Source: an uncultured Acidobacteriota bacterium
GTDB taxonomy: Bacteria; Acidobacteriota; Vicinamibacteria; Vicinamibacterales; 2-12-FULL-66-21
DNA length: 64,000 nucleotides
Direction of reading: 5' to 3'
Assembly: GCA_963750935.1 (NCBI GenBank)
Contig: CAVVSR010000004.1
Span: 20,829-84,828, forward strand
How positions within the stretch are numbered: position 1 is the first letter of the stretch; every line of letters starts with the position of its first letter. Positions 37,843 to 48,061 of the stretch are shown piece by piece. The notes under the pieces were generated by a model, which saw only the letters and a program-made list of their open reading frames with translations, was not told the DNA's origin and did not search any database. Made by a program: the position numbers and the translations under genes.

Positions 37843-38895
37843 TTGAGCCTCGTCCTGGCCGCCGTGTTGTCCGCGCCGCAGGCGGCACCGCCGGCCGTCG
37901 TCGAGGGGGACTTCGTCCTCCGCAACTTCCGCTTCACCTCCGGCGAGACGCTGCCGGAGTTGCGGCTGCATTATCGGACGCTCGGCACGCCGCGGAAGGA
38001 CGAGCGCGGTGTGGTGCGCAATGCGGTGCTCGTCATGCACGGCACCGGCGGCACCGGCGCGCAGTTCACCGGCGCGAACTTCGCCGGCGAGTTGTTCGGT
38101 CCGGGCCAGCCGCTCGACGCCGCGAAGTACTTCATCATCCTGCCGGACGACATCGGCCACGGCGGCTCGAGCAAGCCGAGCAACGGACTGCGCGCGAAAT
38201 TCCCTCGCTACGGCTACGTCGACATGGTCGAAGCCGAGTACCGGCTCGTCACCGAGGGGCTCGGCGTCAACCATCTCCGGCTCGCGATGGGGACGTCGAT
38301 GGGCGGGATGCACACCTGGATGTGGGCGTCGCGGTATCCCGATTTCGCCGACGCGTGGATGCCGCTGGCGAGCCTGCCGACCCAGATCTCCGGCCGCAAC
38401 CGCGCCTGGCGGCGCGTCGCGATCGACGCCATTCGGACCGATCCCGAGTGGAATGGCGGAAACTACACGGCCCAGCCGCGCGGCCTGCGCACCGCCGCGC
38501 AGATGCTGTGGCTGATGAGCAGCAACCCGATCCTGCGCCAGACCGCCGCGCCCACCCTGGCCGACGCCGACCGCGTGCTCGATCAGTACGTTGCCAACTA
38601 CGTGAAGACCGGCGATGCCAACGACATCCTCTACGCGCTCGAAGCGTCGCGCGACTACGATCCCGGTCCCGGCCTCGAGCGCATCCGCGCGCCGCTCCTG
38701 GCCATCAACTCGGCTGACGACATCATCAATCCGCCCGAGCTGCAGATCCTCGAGCGCGACATCAAACGGGTCGCGAACGGGCGCGCCATCGTGCTGCCGC
38801 TGACCGACAAGACCGCGGGACACGGCACCCACACGCTGGCCGCGGTCTGGAAGCAGTACCTCGTCGAGCTGCTCAAGAACACTGAGAGCAGATGA
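37843..38895 (+). CDS. Exported alpha/beta hydrolase, homoserine O-acetyltransferase-like fold
   Basis: FRFTSGETLPELRLHYRTLG, MGTSMGGMHTW, INSADD, GHGTH. Start is uncertain. Confidence 0.85.
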   Translation: MSLVLAAVLSAPQAAPPAVVEGDFVLRNFRFTSGETLPELRLHYRTLGTPRKDERGVVRNAVLVMHGTGGTGAQFTGANFAGELFGPGQPLDAAKYFIILPDDIGHGGSSKPSNGLRAKFPRYGYVDMVEAEYRLVTEGLGVNHLRLAMGTSMGGMHTWMWASRYPDFADAWMPLASLPTQISGRNRAWRRVAIDAIRTDPEWNGGNYTAQPRGLRTAAQMLWLMSSNPILRQTAAPTLADADRVLDQYVANYVKTGDANDILYALEASRDYDPGPGLERIRAPLLAINSADDIINPPELQILERDIKRVANGRAIVLPLTDKTAGHGTHTLAAVWKQYLVELLKNTESR

Positions 38896-38896
38896 T

Positions 38897-39119
38897 TGGT
38901 TCTGCTGGGTTCTTCAAGGTTCTACTGGGTTCTACCGGGTTCTGTCGGGTTCGGCTGGGTTCGGCTAGGTTCGGCTGGTTCGGCTAGGTTCGGCTAGGTT
39001 CGGCTGGTTCGGCTGGTTCGGGTTGGCGCGCCGCACCTCGAAAGCCCGCGGAACCTATAGAACCCATAGAACCTGGAAGAACCTGTAGAACCACATGGAA
39101 CCCTGTAGAACCCGGAACT
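38897..39119. repeat. GGTTC/GAACC 9-10-mer inverted repeat array
   Basis: ggttctactgggttctacc..ggttcggctaggttcggct then gaacctatagaacccatagaacctggaagaacctgtagaacc. Confidence 0.8.
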
Positions 39120-39136
39120 GCTAGACTTCCGCCCTG

Positions 39137-42100
39137 ATGCGTGCCCGCCACTGGATCGCGCTGCTCTCGGTGGTCGTGGCGACGGCGTCGCTGCCCGCCT
39201 TCCAGAATCAGCAGCAGCCACCGCCGCCGCGCCCGGCCGAGGCCGGGACGCGCGACCGCTATCTCAACCCCCGTGAAACCGATCTCTCGCTGGGCCTCAC
39301 CCTCGATCCCAAGGATGTGCCTGACGTGCCGCCGGTCGAGCCGGACCGCGTCCACGAGACCTTCCGCGTCAAGAAAGGCTTCCGCCTCGAGCTGGTCGCG
39401 CACGAGCCGATGGTGATCGATCCGATCCAGATGGCCTTCGACGAGGACGGCCGTCTCTACGTCGTCGAGATGCGGTGGTATCAGGCGGAGACCCGCACCG
39501 ACCTGATGTTCGACGAGCGAATCGGACGGATCCGGCTGCTCGAGGACAGCAACGGGGACGGCCGCTTCGACAAGAGCACGATCTTTGCGGACCGGCTGCG
39601 CTACCCGTCGGCGGTCCTGCCTTACGACGGCGGCGTCTTCGTGGGGCTCGAGCCCGACATCGTCTATTTCAAGGATCGCAACGGCGACGGGGTCGCGGAT
39701 TCGCGCCAGGTGGTGTTCACTGGCTTCGGCAACCAGCGCGATCGGCTCGACAGCCAGACCTTTCTGAACAGCCTGACGTGGGGCCTCGACAACCGGATTC
39801 ACGGCGCCAAGGGACACGGCGGCACGATCAGCGCGGTGTCGCCGCCGGGCGAACGGAGCGAGCCCCTCGACCTGCGCGGACGCGATTTCTCGTTCGACCC
39901 GCGCACCCGCCGGATGCGCGCCGAGAGCGGCGGCGGCAAGCAGGGCCTCAGCTTCGACGATTACGGGCGGAAGTTCGTCTGCACCGCGAACAGCGCCGTG
40001 CAGTTCCTGATGTACGAAGATCGCTACGCCGGGCGGAACACGTTCTACACGCCGCCGCGCGCGATCGCCGACATCGCGCTGGCGCCAGGCGAAACCGTCG
40101 ACCGGCAGATCGTCCACCGGATCAGCCCGGAGGATCCGTGGCGGCGGATTCGCAATCGCTGGCGCGCCGAAGGGGTCTTCGCCGGGCCGCCGCCGCAGCC
40201 GCCGACCTACCTGATCGGATCGAGCGGCGTCACGCTCTATCGCGGCCACGCCTTTCCGGCGGAGTACCGCGACAGCGTGTTCGTCGGCATCGCCGGCAAC
40301 AACCTGGTCCACCATCGCCGGCTGCGCGCCGACGGCGTCGGCTTCCGGGCGGAACGGCTCGCCGACGAATCACGGGAAGAGTTCATCGCCTCGACCGATC
40401 TGTGGTTCCGTCCGGTCGCGTTCGCGAACGCGCCGGACGGCACGCTGTACATGGCGGATCTCTACCGCGAGATCCTCGACTTCTCCGACGGCATCCCCGA
40501 ATCGATCAAGCGCTTCAAGGATCTGAACCGGGGCAACGATCGCGGACGGATCTACCGCATCGTGCCGGAGGGCTTCACCCAGACGGCGCCACCGCGCCTC
40601 GGCCGGCTCGGCACCGTGGAGCTGGTGGGACTCCTCGAGCATCCGAACGCGTGGCATCGCGAGACCGCGGCGCGGCTGCTCTACGAACGTCAGGACCGAT
40701 CGGCGATCCCGTCGCTGGCGCGGCTGGCCGAAACGTCTTCGTCTCCGCTCGGACGCCTGCATGCGCTCTACGCGCTCGACGGCCTCGACGCGCTGGCCGA
40801 GCCGTACGTACTCCGCGCGCTGGACGACGCGGACGCCGGCGTGCGGGAGCACGGCGTGCGTCTCTCGGAGAAAGTCATTGCGACGGCGGCGCGCGGCCTG
40901 TCAGACGCGTTGTGGGGCCGGCTCAAGGCCAGGATCGAGGATGCGGACCCCCGCGTCCGCTATCAGCTCGCGTTCACCCTCGGTGAGATCACGCATCCCG
41001 ATCGGCTCGAGGTGCTGCGCGCGTTGATCAAGCGGGACCTCGATCAGTCCTGGATGCACGTCGCCGCACTGTCGTCGGTGGCGGACGGCGCGGGAGAGCT
41101 GTTCACCAGCCTGGCCGCCGCGCCCGATTTCCAGCGATCCACATCGGGGCAGGCGTTTCTCGGAGAGCTGGTGCGGGTCCTCGGTCATCGGAACCGCGGA
41201 CGCGAGCTGCTCGCGGTGCTGACGTTTCTCGAGGGTGTGAAGGATCCGGCGGCGGCGTTCCCGTACTTGACCGCGTTCGCCGACGGCCTGCAGCGGGCCG
41301 ACGTGCCGCTGGCGTTGTTCCAGGGGACACTCAAGCCGATCCTCGACCACGCCGCCGCCGCGGTCCGCAGCCGCACGGTCCCGGAGGCGCGGCGCCTGCA
41401 GGCGATCGAGCTGCTCGGCCTGACGGCCCCCACGTCGGAAACGAGGACGACGTTGTTCGCGCTGGTCGGCGGCAGCGAGCCGCGACCGATTCAATCGGCG
41501 GCGATCGCTGCGCTCGCGCGCCTCGAGGGACCCGGGATCGGCGAAGAGTTCCTGCGCCGCTGGCCGGCGTTCACGCCGGCGCTGCGCCGCGAGGTCCTGC
41601 CGGTGCTGCTCGCGCGGCCCGACCGCGCGCTGGCCCTCACCAACGCGATCGAGGCCGGCATCGTGCTCCGCAACGAGTTCACGCCGACCCAGGTCGCCTT
41701 CCTGCGCGCGCACCGCAGCGCCGACATCCGCGCCCGCGCCGCCGCGATCTTCGAGCAGCCCGCCCAGAACGATCGGCGCGCCGTGGTGCAACGCTACATG
41801 GCGTCGCTGGACCTGCGCGGCAACCCCGAGCGCGGCCGCACGACCTACACCGCGCGCTGCGCCGCCTGCCATCAACCGGGACCGGACGGCGCCGCGATCG
41901 GCCCGGACGCCGAGACGCTGAAGAGCGCCGGCAAGGACGAGGTGCTGACCCACCTGATCGACCCGAACCGCACGGTCGATGCCCGCTACCGGCTGTATCA
42001 GGTGGAGACCAGCGACGGCGGCACCCTGACCGGCATCATCCAGCAGGAATCGCAGAGCACAGTGACGCTGCGCCAGCCGTTCGGCCGGACGCAGACCCTT

Positions 42101-42220
42101 CAACGCTCGGCCATCGGCCGCCTTCAGAGCCTCGAACAGTCGCTGATGCCGGACGGACTCGAAGAAGGGCTGTCGCTCCAGGACATGGCGGATCTCCTCG
42201 CGTTTCTCGCGGGGCGGTAG
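39137..42220 (+). CDS. PVC-type membrane-bound dehydrogenase-like propeller plus HEAT repeats plus heme c (CxxCH)
   Basis: GFRLELVAHEP..DPIQMAFDEDGRLYVVEM, WFRPV, RGRIYRI, HPNAWHRETA, CAACH, SLMPDGLE. Confidence 0.92.
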   Translation: MRARHWIALLSVVVATASLPAFQNQQQPPPPRPAEAGTRDRYLNPRETDLSLGLTLDPKDVPDVPPVEPDRVHETFRVKKGFRLELVAHEPMVIDPIQMAFDEDGRLYVVEMRWYQAETRTDLMFDERIGRIRLLEDSNGDGRFDKSTIFADRLRYPSAVLPYDGGVFVGLEPDIVYFKDRNGDGVADSRQVVFTGFGNQRDRLDSQTFLNSLTWGLDNRIHGAKGHGGTISAVSPPGERSEPLDLRGRDFSFDPRTRRMRAESGGGKQGLSFDDYGRKFVCTANSAVQFLMYEDRYAGRNTFYTPPRAIADIALAPGETVDRQIVHRISPEDPWRRIRNRWRAEGVFAGPPPQPPTYLIGSSGVTLYRGHAFPAEYRDSVFVGIAGNNLVHHRRLRADGVGFRAERLADESREEFIASTDLWFRPVAFANAPDGTLYMADLYREILDFSDGIPESIKRFKDLNRGNDRGRIYRIVPEGFTQTAPPRLGRLGTVELVGLLEHPNAWHRETAARLLYERQDRSAIPSLARLAETSSSPLGRLHALYALDGLDALAEPYVLRALDDADAGVREHGVRLSEKVIATAARGLSDALWGRLKARIEDADPRVRYQLAFTLGEITHPDRLEVLRALIKRDLDQSWMHVAALSSVADGAGELFTSLAAAPDFQRSTSGQAFLGELVRVLGHRNRGRELLAVLTFLEGVKDPAAAFPYLTAFADGLQRADVPLALFQGTLKPILDHAAAAVRSRTVPEARRLQAIELLGLTAPTSETRTTLFALVGGSEPRPIQSAAIAALARLEGPGIGEEFLRRWPAFTPALRREVLPVLLARPDRALALTNAIEAGIVLRNEFTPTQVAFLRAHRSADIRARAAAIFEQPAQNDRRAVVQRYMASLDLRGNPERGRTTYTARCAACHQPGPDGAAIGPDAETLKSAGKDEVLTHLIDPNRTVDARYRLYQVETSDGGTLTGIIQQESQSTVTLRQPFGRTQTLQRSAIGRLQSLEQSLMPDGLEEGLSLQDMADLLAFLAGR

Positions 42221-42231
42221 AGCGCTCGCGC

Positions 42232-42377
42232 TAACTCCCAACTCCCAATTCCCAACTCCCAAGTTGAGCCGTTCGAGCAACGGGGTGAAAGTCGGCGGTA
42301 TCAGCTGGTTCGTGCGCTTTTCACCCAGTTGTTCGAACGACTCCCCTTGGGAGTTGGGAGTTGGAAGTTGGGAGTTA
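42232..42377. repeat. AACTCCC/GGGAGTT-armed hairpin element, copy B
   Basis: Arms plus internal stem gagccgttcgagcaacggggtgaaa / tttcacccagttgttcgaacgactc. Confidence 0.8.
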
Positions 42378-42397
42378 TTCGGCCGTCGTGATCGCAC

Positions 42398-43789
42398 TCA
42401 CGGCCGAATGATGGTCCCGTCCGATCGGCGCGTCGTGCCCCAGTTGTAGTCGAAGTTCGGCGGACCGGTCGGGATCGGGAATTTCACCGCGAGCTTCTCG
42501 TCGATCTCGATGCCGAGGCCTGGGCGTTCGCCCGCGAGCATGTACCCGTTCTTGACCTCGGGGCAGCCGACGAACACTTCCTGCGTCTCCTTCGGGAAGC
42601 TTCCTCCCTCATGGACGCCGAAGTTGTAGCTGGCGAGCTCGAGCGCGAGCTGCGCGGCGTGCGCCACCGGCGAGGCATCGCCGGGTCCGTGCCACGCCGT
42701 GCGGACGCCGAAGTATTCGCAGAGCGCCGCCACCTTGCGCGCCGGGCTGAGGCCGCCGATCTGCGAGATGTGGATGCGGATGAAATCGATCAGCCGATCC
42801 TTGATGAGCGGCAGGTACTCGTGCTGCGTGTTGAACAGCTCGCCCATCGCGATCGGGATGCTGGTCTGCTGCCGCAGCAGCCGGAAATGATCGTTGTCTT
42901 CCGGCGGGAACGGATCCTCGAGGAAGAACAGGCGATACGGCTCCAGCGCCTTGCAAAGATTGATCGCCTGATTCAGGTGGATGCGTTCGTGGACGTCGTG
43001 CAGCAGCTCGACCTCGTCGCCCAGCTTGGTGCGCATGTGCTCGAAGAACTTCGGCAGCATCCGCACGTACGGTCCGGGCTCCCAGATCGCGCGCGGGTTG
43101 GTCGGCCCGATCGCCTCGCCAGGATCCCGCGCCGAGTCGGGTACCGTGCTCCGCGCACCGTAGCCCGCGTAGCCGGGCGTCGCCACCTGCACGCGCACGT
43201 GGCGGAAGCCGCGCTCCATGCCGGCGCGCGCGTTCTCTTCGACCTCGGTGAAGCTGTTGCCGCTCGCGTGGTAGTAGCAGTCGGCGCCGTGACGCACCTT
43301 GCCGCCGAGCAGCTGATAGAGGGGCATGCCGGCGCGCTTGCCCTTGATGTCCCAGAGCGCCATGTCGACGCCGCTCATCGCGTTGAACAGCACCGGGCCG
43401 TTGCGCCAGTACCAGCTCATGTAGCTCGACTGCCAGATGTCCTCGATCTCGTCGACGTTGCGGCCGGTCAGGAACGGCCTCAGATACTTGTCGATCGCCG
43501 TTTCGACGACGAGCGCGCGTTGCGTGAACGTGGCACAGCCCCAACCCACCAGGCCGGGCTCGGTGGTCTCCACCTTCACCAGCACCAGCCGGATCCGGTT
43601 GGGTGCGGTGAGGATCGTCTTGATGTCGCGGATCTTCACCGGTCCGGTCCCCTTGACCGCCTGTGCGTACGCGGGAGGGGTGGCCGGCATCGGGCCGGCC
43701 ATGGGCGCCGCCGTGAGCGGCCGGCTGCCGCCGAGCAGCGACGCGCCGCCGGCGAGTGAGAGCGATCGGATCGCAGTACGACGGTTCAT
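42398..43789 (-). CDS. Tat-exported enolase-superfamily acid-sugar dehydratase (RspA/ManD subgroup)
   Basis: MNRRTAIR, GCATFTQR, YWRNGP, DMALWDIKGK, LLHDVHE, FLEDP, AMGELF, WHGPGD, DGTIIRP. Confidence 0.9.
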   Translation of the reverse strand: MNRRTAIRSLSLAGGASLLGGSRPLTAAPMAGPMPATPPAYAQAVKGTGPVKIRDIKTILTAPNRIRLVLVKVETTEPGLVGWGCATFTQRALVVETAIDKYLRPFLTGRNVDEIEDIWQSSYMSWYWRNGPVLFNAMSGVDMALWDIKGKRAGMPLYQLLGGKVRHGADCYYHASGNSFTEVEENARAGMERGFRHVRVQVATPGYAGYGARSTVPDSARDPGEAIGPTNPRAIWEPGPYVRMLPKFFEHMRTKLGDEVELLHDVHERIHLNQAINLCKALEPYRLFFLEDPFPPEDNDHFRLLRQQTSIPIAMGELFNTQHEYLPLIKDRLIDFIRIHISQIGGLSPARKVAALCEYFGVRTAWHGPGDASPVAHAAQLALELASYNFGVHEGGSFPKETQEVFVGCPEVKNGYMLAGERPGLGIEIDEKLAVKFPIPTGPPNFDYNWGTTRRSDGTIIRP

Positions 43790-43802
43790 CGCGTTATCTC
43801 CT

Positions 43803-45337
43803 TCAGCGCTTTTCCAGGATGAAGGTTTCCCATCCACCCGGCTCCGTGCGGCTCGCATGGACTTGCCCGCCGCCGCCATCTTCCGCGCAGACGACGTTGC
43901 CCGCCTCGGTGCGGAGCGCCACCGCCGAGCCGTCACGCAGTGCCGACTCCTCGATCGCGCTGAGCCGGCCGGCCATCGCGGCAAGCTCGTCGCGCAGACC
44001 CTGAATGATCTCCCGCAGCTGCCCGATCTCCGCGGCCGTGCCGCTCGCGCTCTCGCCGCCGCCGGTGCCGCCGCTCGTGCTGCCACCGCCGCCCTCGCCG
44101 CGGAACGCGGGCGGCTTCACCCACTTGTTCGACTCGCGCCGCTGCTCCACCACCTGCCACGTCGCCGCCGCGCGATGCGGCGGATTGTTGGCGCCGGCGA
44201 TGATGTCGACGATCGGCGTCACGTCCTTGTAGGCAACCGCATCTTCGGCGACTCGGCCGGCGCCATCGATCTCGTGGCCGGTCTCGCCACCGGATTTCGA
44301 GAGCATGCCCCAGCGGGGATCGTGCTGGTGCAGCGCCCACGCGGCGCGCCAGTAGAACTCCTTGACGCTGTCGTGATCGTTCTTCTGCAGCAGGTGCGGG
44401 TGTGCGTCGTTGACCGCACGCACGATATGGAAGTGGTCCGGAATGCTCACGGGTTCATCCTCTGGCTCGTCGATCGGGTCGACCACGATCGGCTCTTCGG
44501 CTACCGGCTCGTCCTCTTCATGCTGATCGTCGCCCGGCAACAGGGTGCTGAGATCCGTCCGGGGGTCGGCGGGAGAGATATCGGCCGAACGGAGATCCCC
44601 CGGCGCCTCTGCTTCGGTGTTGGCCCACACGACGCGCGCGCGGCCGTCCGCCAGCATCACGGCGTCCGGTCGATACGTGCTCGCAAAGGGAGGCGTCAGC
44701 AGATATCCGACAACGCTGTGATGTGGATGGAAGACCAGCCGGCCACCGAGGGCCTCGCTCTGGTAGAGCACCCACCATTCGTCGTGCACCAGCACCAGCC
44801 GCGGCCAGTGCAGCGGGCCAGGCAATGTGACGATCGCTGGCAGATGCCTGGTGCGAATCTGGCCCGACTCCCGCCAGAACGCCCGTCCCTGACCAAGCAA
44901 CTGGATGTCGGATGCGTCGCCGTCCGTCAGGCGCCATCGCGTCCCGTTGCGCTCGACCACATCCCACGGTCCGTACGAGTGGTAGGCGACCTTGATCGCG
45001 ACGGCACCGTCCGGACCCACCGGGACCGAGCCCCGAGTCGGGGAAGTGCAGGCCGAGAGGAGGTGAAGACGCCATGGCCGCCGAGCCAGGCCGCCCACGT
45101 TCCACCACCCGCGTGAATGAAGTTCGCACCCAGGTTCGCCGCCGTCGAGTAGGCACCCGTGCGTTGGTCGAACGTCTGCAGGATGCATCCGCCGTCGCGG
45201 CAGATCTGATAGACAACGACATCGTCGTCTATCCACGCGGCACCGCCGGCGGGGCAGGCAATCTCACGACCGTCGATATTGACGATACCGCCGCCCACGC
45301 CGCACGCCGACTGACCACGTGAGTTCAGGCGAGGCAT
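43803..45337 (-). CDS. Multidomain hypothetical protein ending in a coiled coil plus one fascin-like repeat; two frame breaks at about 45055 and 45022
   Basis: Reading MPRLNSRG...GVFTSS / GLHFPDSGLGP / VGPDGAVAIK joins three frames; C-terminal ALRTEAGNVVCAEDGGGG...WETF. Confidence 0.65.
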
Positions 45338-45384
45338 CGCAACGTTCCGCCGGGCTCCATTTGGCGGCGCATGTTAGCACCATC

Positions 45385-45780
45385 AACGTGCTGCGTGCGT
45401 CACGTGCGACGTGCCACGTGCTACGTGCGGACGTGCTCGACGTGCTACGTGCTGTGTGCGAACGTGCCGGGCCCCTGCATCGCCTCGTCGTGGCCGTCGT
45501 GTCGTCGTGCCGTCGGCCCTTGGATCGTTGCTGTCGTTTAGCGGACGGGTAAGTGCTGCTGGGCCGGGTAGAAGGGAAACGGCGATTTCATTGAGCGATC
45601 CGCGAGAGCGGGGCACGCGGTTCCCGCGGACCAGGAGCGTCTGCGCGCAAGTGATTGTCCGTGCGGCGGCATCGGGTTTGCCAGAGCAAGTGACGCAGCG
45701 TACGTTCGCAGGCAGCACGTTGGCACGCAGCACGCGCACGTTCGCACGTTCGCACGTAGCACGTAGCACGTCGCACGTGA
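45385..45780. repeat. ACGTGC(T/G) and GCACGT heptamer arrays as inverted arms around a ~230 bp unique spacer
   Basis: 45385-45467 acgtgctgcgtgcgtcacgtgcgacgtgccacgtgctacgtg; 45698-45780 gcacgttcgcacgttcgcacgtagcacgtagcacgtcgcacgt. Confidence 0.75.
45669..45684 (-). promoter_or_regulatory. Putative sigma-54 promoter
   Basis: CTGGCAAACCCGATGC is GG-N10-GC and points toward the 45337 gene. Confidence 0.35.
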
Positions 45781-45823
45781 GGTGCGGCGCTGCTGCGACG
45801 ACGTGGCCGCGAAAGGAGCCCGC

Positions 45824-46045
45824 ATGCCGGAACAGGAAGACGAGCGAACAGCGGCGATCTGCCGTCAGGCGGCGCTGCCGATGCTGCGGCAGCGTCATCT
45901 TGCGATCGTGCCCGACGCGGCCGCGGCGCCGGACGACGCGGCATCCACCGCGGAACCGGTGACGCCATCGACGACGCTCGGGTCGGCGACCGGACCGCCC
46001 GATCGCGTCCTCGGTCCGTTCCTCTGGCTCGACCGCCTGCGGTGA
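45824..46045 (+). CDS. Small hypothetical protein
   Basis: AAGGAG RBS, ATG, 73 aa; no recognised motif. Confidence 0.4.
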   Translation: MPEQEDERTAAICRQAALPMLRQRHLAIVPDAAAAPDDAASTAEPVTPSTTLGSATGPPDRVLGPFLWLDRLR

Positions 46046-46071
46046 TCGCCGGCGTCCCTGAGAGCCGCGAG

Positions 46072-46830
46072 CTACTTGCCCTGCCAGCCGCCGTCGACGA
46101 ATATCGACTGACCGGTCAGGTAGCTCGCTTCGTCAGAGGCGAAGAACGCCGCGACGGTGCCGATCTCGCGCGGCTGTCCGGCGCGGCCGAGCGAAATCTG
46201 CGCGAGGACGCCGGGCAGCAGCGCCGGATCCTTCATCACCCACGACGTCATCGGCGTATCGATCAGGCCGGGATGGATGCAGTTCACGCGGATGCCCTGC
46301 GGCGTCATCTCGGCTGACATGTTGCGGGTCAGGGCCTCGAGCCCGAGCTTGGTCGGCGCGTAATGCGTGCGCCCGGGCAGGACCTTCGCGGCCTGGATCG
46401 ATCCGATATTGACGATGACGCCGGGGCGGGATTCGGCGATGGCGCGTCGGCAGTAGACCTGCGAGCAGAGCCAGGCGCCGCGCAGGTTCACGTCGACGAG
46501 CCTGGTCCACTGATCGTCGGTCAGCTCGAGGAACGGCACGATCGTCTCGATGCCGGCGTTGTTGACCAGGATGTCGATCGGGCCGAGCTCCTTCCACACC
46601 GTCGCGATCATCGGCTCCACTTCGGCACGGCTGGCCACGTCCGCCTTCACGACGACGGCGCGCCGCCCTTTGCCGCGAATCCCCTCGGCCACTGCCTCGG
46701 CATCCTGCATGTTGGCGACGTCGTTCACCGCGACGTCGGCGCCTTCGTCTGCGAAGACTTCGGCGATGCCGCGGCCGATGCCGCGGCATGCTCCGGTGAC
46801 GAGGGCGACTTTCCCTTTCAGCTTCGTCAT
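46072..46830 (-). CDS. Short-chain dehydrogenase/reductase
   Basis: TGACRGIG, NNAG, YAPTK, NCIHPG, TGQSIFVDGG. Confidence 0.93.
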   Translation of the reverse strand: MTKLKGKVALVTGACRGIGRGIAEVFADEGADVAVNDVANMQDAEAVAEGIRGKGRRAVVVKADVASRAEVEPMIATVWKELGPIDILVNNAGIETIVPFLELTDDQWTRLVDVNLRGAWLCSQVYCRRAIAESRPGVIVNIGSIQAAKVLPGRTHYAPTKLGLEALTRNMSAEMTPQGIRVNCIHPGLIDTPMTSWVMKDPALLPGVLAQISLGRAGQPREIGTVAAFFASDEASYLTGQSIFVDGGWQGK

Positions 46831-46872
46831 TCGATCACCGATCACCGATCACTGATCCCCGTTCACGACTTC

Positions 46873-47811
46873 TCATCCACCGAGCATTTTTCGCGAAACA
46901 GCCAGGTCCTTCACGGCCGCGGCAAGCGTGCGCTTGACGCGCTCCTGCGGCGTCGCGCCGGGGATCTCGTACTCGAAATGGAGCGAGATCGGCCCCGCGA
47001 ACGTCGCGCTCTTGAGCGCGGTCCCGAACCACGCCCAATCCACCATCCCCTCGCCCATCGGACAGTTCTCGATGCGCCAGCCCTTCTCGGACTTTGCCCA
47101 GAAGAAGTCCTTGAGCGCGATCATCTTGAGGCGCGGCAGGACGAGATGCGTCGCGGCCTTGTAGGCGCCGCCGCCCCCTTCGGCCACGGCATGGCGCGGA
47201 TCGAAGTAATAGCCCGCCCACTTGGGATCGAGGCGATCCATGGCCGGCGCGATGTCCCACAACGCGGCGCCGATGTAGGCGTTGTGATTGTGGAAGCCGA
47301 GCTCGATGCCACACTCGCGCGCCAGCGCGGTCAGGCCGGTGAGCGCCTCGCCGGTGGCCGCGAGCTGACCGCGCACGTCCGGCGACGCCGTGTAGCGCCA
47401 GTAGCCGGTCTTGAAGTAGCGCACGCCGCTCCTGGCCGCGGCCTGCAGGATCGGTTTCGCCGTCGGATGCGCAGGCGACGTGAGCTCGGTCGTGATCATC
47501 GGCACGCTCACGCCCGCAGCCCTGATCGCCTCGATCGCCTTCGGTAGATCCTCGGCGCGTTCCGGCAGCACGTGGCCTCCGGCCCTCACCGTCAGGTCGA
47601 CCCCGTCGAAGCCGGCGTCCTTGACGGCCTTGCCGAGGTCCTTCCAGTCGAGCTCCGCGAGGTGCTTCGAGAAGAAACAGAATTCCCGGCGTGCCGCGCC
47701 GGCCCCGGCGCCCTGGCGCACGGCCGCGGCGTCCGGGCGTGCGGCCGCAGCCGCCGCGATCGCGATGCCGGCGCCCGCACGAAATACGTCACGTCTGGTG
47801 AAGCTGTCCAT
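46873..47811 (-). CDS. Tat-exported sugar phosphate isomerase/epimerase TIM barrel
   Basis: FTRRDVF Tat motif, FSKHL, DLTVRAGGHV, FHNH, YFDPRH, LKDF, SLHFEY. Confidence 0.88.
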   Translation of the reverse strand: MDSFTRRDVFRAGAGIAIAAAAAARPDAAAVRQGAGAGAARREFCFFSKHLAELDWKDLGKAVKDAGFDGVDLTVRAGGHVLPERAEDLPKAIEAIRAAGVSVPMITTELTSPAHPTAKPILQAAARSGVRYFKTGYWRYTASPDVRGQLAATGEALTGLTALARECGIELGFHNHNAYIGAALWDIAPAMDRLDPKWAGYYFDPRHAVAEGGGGAYKAATHLVLPRLKMIALKDFFWAKSEKGWRIENCPMGEGMVDWAWFGTALKSATFAGPISLHFEYEIPGATPQERVKRTLAAAVKDLAVSRKMLGG

Positions 47812-47997
47812 GCCGGGGATTGTCGCAGAAATCGCCGTCGCCGGCGCGGCGCGGCCATCCGCGTGTGCGCCTCGGCGCATGACCGGCGAATTCGTCAGCC
47901 GCATGCCGATGCGGTAACTTCCGCATCCGCGGCCGACTCAACCAACAATCGGTACAAGCTGTTGATCTCTCGTCAGTTACCTCGTCACTAGTGGCAG

Positions 47998-48013
47998 GGG
48001 CACGAGGGTTGCG
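47998..48013 (+). promoter_or_regulatory. Putative sigma-54 promoter
   Basis: GGGCACGAGGGTTGCG (GGCAC-N5-TTGC), about 50 nt upstream of ATG 48062. Confidence 0.6.
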
Positions 48014-48061
48014 ACGACTCAAGGCTGACGCGCCGTGGGCGGCGCGGGGGGTGACACAGCC

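Noticed and set aside
38897-39119. Possible CRISPR array (also considered 45385-45780 and 57158-57310)
   Set aside because: Units are 7-10 nt and degenerate, there are no 23-47 nt repeats with unique spacers, and no cas genes are present.
45480-45700. Possible c-di-GMP-I riboswitch (GGCAAACC on the minus strand)
   Set aside because: The downstream GAAA-loop stem and GACGCAAAGC consensus are missing; the site fits a sigma-54 box better.
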